DNA from: an uncultured Gammaproteobacteria bacterium
Lineage (GTDB): Bacteria > Pseudomonadota > Gammaproteobacteria > Xanthomonadales > BPKI01
DNA: 11,108 bases
Direction: 5' to 3'
Assembly (NCBI GenBank): GCA_964526035.1
Contig: CAZGKE010000114.1
Coordinates: 1-11,108 of the forward strand
The notes under the pieces were generated by a model. It had not been told where the DNA came from and ran no database searches. It was given only the letters and a program-made list of their open reading frames with translations. The position numbers and the translations under genes are program-made. Every line of letters starts with the position of its first letter. The stretch's first letter is position 1. Positions 1 to 5,946 of this stretch are shown piece after piece.

Positions 1-533
1 CCGGGCGGCGGGTGGTGCTGCTGATCGACGAAATCGACAAGGCCGACATCGAGTTTCCGAACGACCTGTTGCAGGAACTCGACCGCATGGAGTTCTTCGT
101 CCATGAGACCGGCGAGACCATTCGCGCGATCCATCGTCCCATCGTGGTCATCACATCCAACAACGAGAAGGAGTTGCCCGACGCCTTCCTGCGCCGCTGC
201 TTCTTCCACTACATCGCCTTCCCCGACCAGGAGACCCTGGAGCGCATCGTCGACGTTCACTTCCCCGGTCTGTCGAAGACGCTGAGTGCCGAGGCGCTGG
301 AGGTGTTCTTCCAGCTGCGCGAGGTGCCGGGACTGAAGAAGAAGCCTTCCACCAGCGAGCTGATCGACTGGCTGCGCCTTCTGCTGGCCGACGCCATCCC
401 GGGCGAGGCGCTGCGTGCGCGCGATCCGGCACAGGCGATTCCGCCCCTGTACGGGGCGCTGGTGAAGAACGAGCAGGACGTGCAGCTGCTGGAGCGGCTG
501 GCCTTCATGCACCGGCGCGCATCGCGGGGCTGA
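1..533 (+). CDS. MoxR-family AAA+ ATPase (AAA_5/CoxD-like), C-terminal portion; the 5' end lies outside the window
   Basis: The reading frame is open from the window edge (codon phase 3,6,9..) to TGA at 531-533. The translation contains a Walker-B-like hhhhDE box 'VLLIDEIDKA', a sensor region 'VVITSNNEKELPDAFLRRCF' and a helical lid typical of MoxR/AAA_5 ATPases. GC3 bias is strong. The stop lies 4 nt before the GTG of the next gene, which is an operon arrangement. Confidence 0.85.
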   Translation, partial: GRRVVLLIDEIDKADIEFPNDLLQELDRMEFFVHETGETIRAIHRPIVVITSNNEKELPDAFLRRCFFHYIAFPDQETLERIVDVHFPGLSKTLSAEALEVFFQLREVPGLKKKPSTSELIDWLRLLLADAIPGEALRARDPAQAIPPLYGALVKNEQDVQLLERLAFMHRRASRG

Positions 534-537
534 GGCC

Positions 538-1713
538 GTGTTCCTCGGCCTGTTCCAGTCGCTGCGCCGCTTCGGCGTGCCGGTGAGCCTGCGCGAGCTG
601 CTCGACCTGCATGCCGCGGTCGATGCGCGCCTGGCGTTCGCCGACCGCGACGCCTTCCATGCACTGTCGCGCACCGTGATGGTCAAGGACGAGCGCCACT
701 ACGACCGCTTCGATCGCGCGTTCGGAGCGTACTTCGCGGGCATCGACCTGGCCGACATCGAACTCAAGGCGCTGATTCCCGACGACTGGCTGCGCCAGGA
801 TTTCCGCCGCGAGCTGAGCGAGGAAGAACGCGCGCAGATCGAAGCGCTGGGCGGACTGGACAAGCTGATCGAGGAGTTCCAGAAACGCCTGGAGGAACAG
901 AAGGCGCGTCACGCCGGCGGCAATCGCTGGATAGGCACCGGCGGCACAAGCCCGTTCGGCGCGGGCGGCTTCCATCCGAGCGGCATGCGGGTTGGACCCA
1001 AGGGCGGCGGGCGCAGCGCCGTCAAGGTGTGGGAGAAGCGCCTGTATCGCAACCTCGATGACAGCGCCGAGCTGGGTCCGCGCAACCTGCAGGTGGCGCT
1101 GCGTCGACTGCGGCGCTTCGCCCGGGAAGGCGCGGTCGAGGAACTGGACATGCCGGCCACCATCGAGGCCACCGCCCGTGACGCCGGCCTGCTCGATATC
1201 CGCATGCGCCCGGAGCGACGCAACGCGGTCAAGGTGCTGCTGTTTCTTGACGTCGGCGGCTCCATGGACGACCACGTGCGCATCTGCGAGTCGCTGTTCG
1301 CCGCCTGCCGCAACGAGTTCAAGCGCCTCGAGCACTTCTACTTCCACAACTGCCTGTACGATCACGTGTGGAAGGACGGCATGCGCCGCGAGCACGAGCG
1401 CATCAGTACCGGCAACATCCTTCACCGCTACGGACCCGACTACAAGATCGTGTTCGTCGGCGACGCCGCCATGGCGCCGTGGGAGATCACTCAGGCCGGC
1501 GGCAGCATCGAATACTGGAACGAGGAGGCGGGCGAGGTCTGGCTGGGTCGCATGACCCGTCACTTCCGCAAGACCGCCTGGATCAACCCGGTGCCGAAGC
1601 CGCAGTGGGACTACACGCAATCGAACCGCATCCTGCGTGCAATCTTCGAGGAGCATATGTACGCGCTGACGCCAGAGGGCCTGACCGAAGCGATGCGACA
1701 CCTGGCGCGGTGA
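538..1713 (+). CDS. VWA-domain protein, CoxE-like partner of the MoxR ATPase
   Basis: 391-aa ORF with a GTG start 4 nt after the upstream stop, which suggests translational coupling. The N-terminus 'LRRFGVPVSLRELLDL...YDRFDRAFGAYF' resembles the conserved CoxE-type N-terminal region. The C-terminal half has a von Willebrand A-like core with a MIDAS-like 'FLDVGGSMDD' motif. The MoxR plus VWA gene pairing is a well-known module. Confidence 0.85.
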   Translation: MFLGLFQSLRRFGVPVSLRELLDLHAAVDARLAFADRDAFHALSRTVMVKDERHYDRFDRAFGAYFAGIDLADIELKALIPDDWLRQDFRRELSEEERAQIEALGGLDKLIEEFQKRLEEQKARHAGGNRWIGTGGTSPFGAGGFHPSGMRVGPKGGGRSAVKVWEKRLYRNLDDSAELGPRNLQVALRRLRRFAREGAVEELDMPATIEATARDAGLLDIRMRPERRNAVKVLLFLDVGGSMDDHVRICESLFAACRNEFKRLEHFYFHNCLYDHVWKDGMRREHERISTGNILHRYGPDYKIVFVGDAAMAPWEITQAGGSIEYWNEEAGEVWLGRMTRHFRKTAWINPVPKPQWDYTQSNRILRAIFEEHMYALTPEGLTEAMRHLAR

Positions 1714-1725
1714 TCTGACAGAAAG

Positions 1726-1762
1726 CTCGTGCCGGCAGGAGCGCACCTGTGCGCGATCGTCC
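1726..1762. repeat. Partial REP-like palindromic element (right half, GTAG-family), copy C
   Basis: 'ctcgtgccggcaggagcgcacctgtgcgcgatcgtcc' aligns at about 19/22 in the core to 4281-4318 'gccgtgccatgtaggagtgcacccgtgcgcgaccggtcc'. It contains the inner palindrome gcgcac..gtgcgc. Confidence 0.4.
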
Positions 1763-1800
1763 CTTCGCATCGGTGCCGCAACCGGGTCGCCCGCGGGTGG

Positions 1801-1855
1801 GCTCCTGCAAAAAAGCCGTGCCAGGTATGCGCGACCGTTGCGTCGCTTCGATGCC
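1801..1855. repeat. Partial REP-like element (left half plus tail), copy A
   Basis: 'gctcctgcaaaaaagccgtgccaggta--tgcgcgaccgttgcgtcgcttcgatgcc' aligns to copy B at 4268-4331 (ctcctacaagagccgtgccatgta...tgcgcgaccggtccgtcgcgtcgatc) with about 13 nt of the inner palindrome deleted. It shares the 12-mer 'cgcttcgatgcc' with 4235-4246. Confidence 0.45.
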
Positions 1856-1995
1856 TTGCCCGTGTCGCCCGTGGGGGGCTACGACCGCGCGCCGTGCAGA
1901 TGCAAGAGGATCGAAGGACGCGGCAGATTCGTAGCCCGAAAGAAGCGCATATGCGCCATCAGCGACCGTCTGTCGGCAAATCGCGCCTTTGCCTG

Positions 1996-2024
1996 TTGCA
2001 ATGCACCGCGTACCGGCGTATCTT
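1996..2024 (+). promoter_or_regulatory. Putative sigma70 promoter, TTGCAA-17 bp-TATCTT
   Basis: The -35 'ttgcaa' at 1996-2001 is followed by an exact 17-nt spacer and the -10 'tatctt' at 2019-2024, each 4/6 to consensus. It sits at the edge of a locally lower-GC stretch, upstream of a hairpin/terminator pair about 210-250 nt away. Confidence 0.3.
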
Positions 2025-2197
2025 CCGCGCCCCTCGCCCACACGGGGCGTGCGACTGAACTGAATTCGACCATGAGCCTTTCAATCCACATCGCCAAAGC
2101 GCACCCATCGCTGCCACGCGGCTTCGCCGCGCGTGCGTGCATGGCCGATCGCCGCTGGGCGAGCAAAGGCCTCTCCATCGACTGATCTTCCGCATAT

Positions 2198-2222
2198 GGG
2201 AGGTCGGTCGCCCCGACCTCCC
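2198..2222 (+). terminator. Perfect 10-bp hairpin gggaggtcgg-tcgcc-ccgacctccc (no U-tract), in tandem with the next terminator
   Basis: The inverted repeat was read directly from the sequence. Its role is unknown; it could be a transcript-stabilising stem or part of a tandem terminator. Confidence 0.3.
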
Positions 2223-2233
2223 GAGGCAACGCG

Positions 2234-2271
2234 AACGCCCTCGGGATCACATTCCGGGGGCGTTTTCTTTT
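2234..2271 (+). terminator. Rho-independent terminator
   Basis: A 13-bp stem (aacgccctcggga / tcccgggggcgtt, two G-U pairs) with the 5-nt loop 'tcaca' is immediately followed by 'ttttctttt'. Confidence 0.6.
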
Positions 2272-2333
2272 GCGCGTTCGCCAAGGGAGTCAAGACCGCC
2301 AACGAATTCGCGGCGCAGGCCGCACAACGAATT

Positions 2334-2359
2334 GGCGCTTCGCCGAAAGGCGAGGCGCC
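2334..2359 (+). other. 11-bp stem with GAAA tetraloop (ggcgcttcgcc-gaaa-ggcgaggcgcc), preceded by two copies of 'caacgaatt' at 2300-2308 and 2325-2333
   Basis: The inverted repeat has one G-U pair and a GNRA loop. There is no U-tract after it. It lies about 110 nt upstream of the tRNA-like genes, so it could be a leader structure or a protein-binding site. Confidence 0.3.
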
Positions 2360-2468
2360 AATGGGAAGCATCACTTCAAGGGTCTCTAGCGGTACAGGTT
2401 CCGAATCCTGGCCGGTGCGCGCGGCGTTGCCGTGGCGTATGCCTGGGGCCGGCGGAGGGTGTTTCGCC

Positions 2469-2540
2469 GAGACGATAGCTCAGTTGGGAGAGCAGGCGAG
2501 GATCACTCGCTTGACGCCGGTTCGATTCCGGCTCGTCACC
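2469..2540 (+). tRNA. tRNA-like gene with a non-canonical anticodon loop; the anticodon reads AUC/Asp-like if taken at face value; possible tRNA pseudogene
   Basis: The D arm 'TAGCTCAGTTGGGAGAGC' and the T arm 'GCCGG-TTCGATT-CCGGC' are canonical. The acceptor stem gagacga/tcgtcac has an A-A mismatch at 2:71, and the discriminator is C. The anticodon stem ggcga/tcgct encloses the loop 'GGATCAC', which lacks the universal U33; alternatively the stem extends and leaves a 5-nt loop. No CCA is encoded. Confidence 0.5.
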
Positions 2541-2613
2541 ATTGGATAGCTCAGTTGGGTAGAGCATCAGCTTCGGGAGCTGAAAGTCGCGGGTTCGATT
2601 CCCGCTCCAGAAC
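2540..2613 (+). tRNA. tRNA-Pro(CGG)-like gene with a defective acceptor stem; shares 1 nt with the previous tRNA-like gene
   Basis: The D arm 'TAGCTCAGTTGGGTAGAGC', the anticodon arm tcagc-TTCGGGA-gctga (perfect 5-bp stem; 7-nt loop with U33 and anticodon CGG) and the T arm gcggg-TTCGATT-cccgc are all canonical. The acceptor stem cattgga/tccagaa pairs only at 3-7:66-70, with C-A at 1:72 and A-A at 2:71. Confidence 0.5.
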
Positions 2614-2940
2614 TGCCTTCAACGCAGTGAAACCGGGACGCAAGTCCCACACCAGGAAGCGCCCCGTGCGGCGGTTCGGCGACCAAGGCTTCGGCCGTGG
2701 TCGCCGGGACAAGGCAGCGGCGGCACGGCCGGGTCCGCATCCCCGAGGCGGGCGGGCCGGCGCATGAAGCCTACTTGCGACGGCGGCCTCGTCGCAGGTG
2801 GGCGGAAGCACCGGTCTCCCCGTCGAGGGCGTACGAACTCCGCCCTGCCGGCGTCAGGGGCGCTTCCAACTTTTTGTTCTGCTGCGCGGTCATCGGTCCC
2901 GCCGCGCGAGCTGGTCGAGCAAGCGGACCGTCACGTGAAT

Positions 2941-2946
2941 AAGGAG
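2941..2946 (+). promoter_or_regulatory. Shine-Dalgarno 'AAGGAG' for the SPFH gene
   Basis: 'aataaggagtcacatcATG' places the SD 7 nt before the ATG at 2954. Confidence 0.7.
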
Positions 2947-2953
2947 TCACATC

Positions 2954-4084
2954 ATGTTGTGGATCAAGCGCGTCGTGGTCGGCGACGGCGAGCGCGGCAT
3001 CCTCTACCGCAACCGGCGTTTCGAGGCGGTGCTGATGCCGGGCGTGTACCGGCTGTTCGACCTGTTCGGCCGCATCGAGGTCAAGGTCTTCGACATCGCG
3101 CGTCCGGAGTATGGCGGCACCGATGTCGAGGCGCTGATCGCGGGCCTCGGCGGTGGGCTGTCGCAGCACTTCGTGCTGGCCGACCTGGACATGCAGAGCG
3201 TCGGCCTGGTGCTGAAGAACGGCAAGCTCGAAGACGTACTGGCACCGGGCAGCCGCCGACTGTACTGGAAGGGCCTGGTCGAGGTCGAAGTGCGGCCGCT
3301 GTCGCTGAACGAGGGACTGGAAGTACCGCAGGCGGTGCTCAAGCGGCTGCGTCAGCTCGGCATGCTGGAGCGGGTGGCGGTAACGCTGACCGTGCCCAGT
3401 GAGTCGGCCGGCCTGCTGTTCGTCGACGGCAAGCTGGAGCGCAGGCTCGAAGCCGGCGCCTACGCCTTCTGGAACTTCCAGAAGAACGTGGCATTGGAGT
3501 CCATCGAACTGCGGGTGCAGTCGATGGAGGTGTCCGGCCAGGAGTTGCTGACCCGCGACAAGGTGTCGCTGCGGGTCAACCTGGCGGCCAGCGTGCGTGT
3601 CACCGACCCGGTCGCGGTACGGACCAAGGTCGCGAAGTACAACGACTACGTGTACCGGGAACTGCAGTACGGCTTGCGCAAGGCGGTCTCCGCCAAGTCG
3701 CTGGACGAGCTGTTGGGCGACAAGGCCTCGCTGGATGCCGACATCTTCGCCTACGTGCGTGGTCGCGTGGCCGAACTCGGCATCGAGGTGTTGGGCGTGG
3801 GCGTCAAGGACGTGATCCTGCCGGGTGAGATGAAGGAGATCCTCAACTCGGTGGTGCAGGCGGAGAAGGCGGCCCAGGCCAACGTGATCCGCCGGCGTGA
3901 GGAAGCCAACGCCACGCGCAGCCTGCTGAACACCGCACGGCTGATCGAGGAAAGCCCGACCCTGATGCGCCTCAAGGAGTTGGAGGCACTGGAGAAGGTC
4001 ACGGAGAAGATCGACAAGCTGACCGTGTTCGGCGGCCTGGATGGCGTGCTGAATCAGCTGGTCAATCTGAAGGGCGGTCGCTGA
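2954..4084 (+). CDS. SPFH/Band-7 (stomatin/prohibitin/HflC-like) domain protein, 376 aa, with no predicted TM segment and a triplicated N-terminal motif
   Basis: Strong SD upstream and a strong terminator downstream. The C-terminal two thirds form an SPFH core: '...TRDKVSLRVNLAASVRVTDP...' is followed by a coiled-coil-like region 'LNSVVQAEKAAQANVIRRREEANATRSLLNTARLIEESPTLMRLKELEALEKV'. Three copies of the motif G-x-[LF]-E-x2-L-x-[PA]-G-x-Y-x-[LF]-[FW] occur at about aa 22-36, 90-105 and 158-173, spaced roughly 70 aa apart. Confidence 0.9.
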   Translation: MLWIKRVVVGDGERGILYRNRRFEAVLMPGVYRLFDLFGRIEVKVFDIARPEYGGTDVEALIAGLGGGLSQHFVLADLDMQSVGLVLKNGKLEDVLAPGSRRLYWKGLVEVEVRPLSLNEGLEVPQAVLKRLRQLGMLERVAVTLTVPSESAGLLFVDGKLERRLEAGAYAFWNFQKNVALESIELRVQSMEVSGQELLTRDKVSLRVNLAASVRVTDPVAVRTKVAKYNDYVYRELQYGLRKAVSAKSLDELLGDKASLDADIFAYVRGRVAELGIEVLGVGVKDVILPGEMKEILNSVVQAEKAAQANVIRRREEANATRSLLNTARLIEESPTLMRLKELEALEKVTEKIDKLTVFGGLDGVLNQLVNLKGGR

Positions 4085-4137
4085 ACCATGGCGCGGTGCA
4101 AGCACCGACCAGGGTTCGGGCAACCGGACCTTCGTTG

Positions 4138-4170
4138 AGCGCCGCTCCGTCTGGAGCGGCGCTTTTTTTT
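4138..4170 (+). terminator. Rho-independent terminator of the SPFH gene
   Basis: An 11-bp perfect stem agcgccgctcc / ggagcggcgct with the loop 'gtct' is followed by T8, at 4163-4170. It lies 54 nt after the stop codon. Confidence 0.85.
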
Positions 4171-4255
4171 GACTTCATTCAAGTGCACACCCCCCGGATC
4201 AGTTCCGAGTCCGCACTGTCTACGACCATCCCCTCGCTTCGATGCCGCGCATCTG

Positions 4256-4343
4256 TCGGGGCTGAGGCCCTCCTACAAGAGCCGTGCCATGTAGGAGTGC
4301 ACCCGTGCGCGACCGGTCCGTCGCGTCGATCTCGGGGCTGAGG
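4256..4343. repeat. Complete REP-like palindromic element (GTAG-type; outer stem CTCCTACA / TGTAGGAG, inner gcac-cc-gtgc), 4268-4331, flanked by 12-bp direct repeats 'TCGGGGCTGAGG' at 4256-4267 and 4332-4343
   Basis: The inverted and direct repeats were read directly. This is the same family as the two partial copies at 1726-1762 and 1801-1855. It lies in the 386-bp spacer between the SPFH terminator and gdhA. Confidence 0.55.
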
Positions 4344-4470
4344 TTGCTCGCGCCGACCGGGTGGCGCTCGCCAGGAGAGCGGACACCCTGGACTTCCTGC
4401 GGTAGGATCACCGGGACCGCTCTGCGCGTCGTGCCGATGCCATGCGGACCATCAACGGGGAGGGGAAACC

Positions 4471-5829
4471 GTGGCCGTGACCGATCATGTCAATCTCGAA
4501 CAGTTCATGGAGGGCGTGAAGCGCCGCAATCCGGGCGAACGCGAATTCCACCAGGCGGTGTACGAGGTCGCCGTCAACGTCTTCGACTTCATCGAGGACA
4601 AGGAGATCTATCACTCGCACCAGATCCTGCGACGCATCGCCGAGCCCGACCGCGTGGTCAGCTTCCGCGTGTGCTGGGAGGACGACAAGAACAACATCCG
4701 CGTGCAGCGCGGCTACCGCGTACAGAACAACAATTCGATCGGGCCGTACAAGGGCGGCATCCGCTTTCATCCATCGGTGAACCAGAGCGTGCTCAAGTTC
4801 CTGGCCTTCGAGCAGACCTTCAAGAATTCGCTGACCGGCCTGCCCATGGGTGGTGGCAAGGGCGGCTCCGACTTCAACCCCAAGGGCAAGTCGGACAACG
4901 AGGTGATGCGCTTCTGCCAGTCGTTCATGACCGAGCTGTACCGCCATGTCGGCGAGGACACCGACGTACCTGCCGGTGACATCGGCGTCGGTGCGCGCGA
5001 GATCGGCTACATGTTCGGCCAGTACAAGCGCATCACCAACCGCTTCGTCGGCGTGCTGACCGGCAAGGGCCTGGAGTACGGCGGCAGCCCGATCCGTACC
5101 GAGGCCACCGGCTACGGCACCGTGTACTTCATGGAGGACATGCTCAAGGTGGCCGGCGACACCATCGAAGGCAAGACCTGCCTGGTATCGGGCTCCGGCA
5201 ACGTGGCGCAGTACGCAGCCGAGAAGATCGCCCAGCTCGGCGGCAAGGTGGTCACCCTGTCCGACTCCAGCGGCTTCATCCATGACCCCGAGGGGATCGC
5301 CGGCGAGCGCCTGAAGTGGCTGATGCACCTGAAGAACAAGCGTCGCGGGCGTATCGAGGAATACGCCAGGGAGTTCGGCTGTGAGTTCCACGAAGGCAAA
5401 CGCCCCTGGAACGTACCGGCGCAGCTCGCCTTTCCCTGCGCCACGCAGAACGAGATCACCACAGAAGACGCCCACACCATGATCGCCAATGGCATCCGCG
5501 CGGTCAGCGAGGGCGCCAACATGCCGACCGAGCAGAACGGCATCCACGCCTTCATCAAGGCACGCGTGCTGTTTGCCCCGAGCAAGGCGGCCAATGCCGG
5601 CGGCGTGGCGGTATCGGGCCTGGAGATGAGCCAGAATTCGGCGCGCATCACCTGGAAGGAGGAAGAGCTGCAGAAGCTTCTGCGCGACATCATGGACGGC
5701 ATCCACCAGCGCTGCATGCGCCACGGCGGCGTCGCCGGCGAGAAGGAGTACATCGACTACGTAAAGGGGGCCAATATCGCAGCCTTCACCAAGGTCGCCG
5801 ATGCGATGATCGCGTACGGCGTCGTCTGA
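4471..5829 (+). CDS. gdhA: NADP-specific glutamate dehydrogenase
   Basis: The 452-aa product is collinear with E. coli GdhA, for example 'GPYKGGIRFHPSVNQSVLKFLAFEQTFKNSLTGLPMGGGKGGSDFNPKGKSDNEVMRFCQSFMTELYRH' and 'ATGYG.VYF', and the dinucleotide-binding 'GSGNVAQYA' motif. The start is a GTG preceded by 'GGGGAGGGG', with 'ggagg' 7 nt upstream. Confidence 0.95.
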   Translation: MAVTDHVNLEQFMEGVKRRNPGEREFHQAVYEVAVNVFDFIEDKEIYHSHQILRRIAEPDRVVSFRVCWEDDKNNIRVQRGYRVQNNNSIGPYKGGIRFHPSVNQSVLKFLAFEQTFKNSLTGLPMGGGKGGSDFNPKGKSDNEVMRFCQSFMTELYRHVGEDTDVPAGDIGVGAREIGYMFGQYKRITNRFVGVLTGKGLEYGGSPIRTEATGYGTVYFMEDMLKVAGDTIEGKTCLVSGSGNVAQYAAEKIAQLGGKVVTLSDSSGFIHDPEGIAGERLKWLMHLKNKRRGRIEEYAREFGCEFHEGKRPWNVPAQLAFPCATQNEITTEDAHTMIANGIRAVSEGANMPTEQNGIHAFIKARVLFAPSKAANAGGVAVSGLEMSQNSARITWKEEELQKLLRDIMDGIHQRCMRHGGVAGEKEYIDYVKGANIAAFTKVADAMIAYGVV

Positions 5830-5843
5830 AGCAGGGAACCTCG

Positions 5844-5867
5844 GGGAGCACGCAACGGCGTGCTCCC
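5844..5867 (+). terminator. Perfect 10-bp hairpin gggagcacgc-aacg-gcgtgctccc 15 nt after the gdhA stop; possible U-tract-less terminator or 5'-UTR structure for deaD
   Basis: The inverted repeat was read directly. No T-run follows it, so its function is uncertain. Confidence 0.3.
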
Positions 5868-5946
5868 GTGCGACTCCAACTCCGCCCCGGCCTGTAGCAA
5901 TCCGCTACGATGTCACCTGTATTTCGACCATTGCCGCGGCCTTCCC

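Larger units (their letters stand above)
2031..2271 (+). ncRNA. Hypothetical short transcript (sRNA or micro-ORF mRNA) bounded by the putative promoter and the intrinsic terminator
   Basis: This is inferred only from the promoter-like motif, the lower-GC body (about 50% over 2050-2190) and the strong terminator. It contains a 37-codon ORF at 2072-2185 (MSLSIHIAKAHPSLPRGFAARACMADRRWASKGLSID) with no Shine-Dalgarno sequence. Confidence 0.2.

Noticed and set aside
505-1770. 421-aa minus-strand ORF antisense to the VWA gene
   Set aside because: Antisense GC artefact with no recognisable domain. The + strand frame carries the conserved CoxE/VWA sequence.
1729-2058. 109-aa Cys/Arg-rich + ORF, and overlapping ORFs 1749-1934, 1838-2185, 1879-2250(-) and 2081-2374(-), in the non-coding island
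   Set aside because: They have no SD, no domain-like sequence and mutually overlapping frames, and they traverse REP copies and hairpins. They are treated as non-coding, except for the 37-codon sub-ORF, which is flagged only as a possibility.
2820-2880. Possible terminator after the tRNA-like pair (gggcg-tacgaactc-cgccc ... 'aactttttgttc')
   Set aside because: The stems are only 4-5 bp and the T-run is not adjacent to a stable hairpin. That is too weak to call.
2771-4123. 450-aa minus-strand ORF, and the 212-aa + ORF at 2764-3402, overlapping the SPFH gene
   Set aside because: Both overlap a gene that has a strong SD, a terminator and SPFH homology. Their composition is low-complexity Arg/Gly/Ala typical of wrong-frame GC-rich translation.
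4408-5724. 438-aa minus-strand ORF antisense to gdhA, and the 231-aa + ORF at 4284-4979
   Set aside because: gdhA is collinear with E. coli GdhA over its whole length. The alternatives are out-of-frame artefacts.
5860-5946. 29-codon N-terminal extension of the deaD ORF (MLPCDSNSAPACSNPLRCHLYFDHCRGLP)
   Set aside because: It has no homology, is Cys-rich and contains the gdhA-proximal hairpin. The alignment to DeaD begins at the ATG at 5947.
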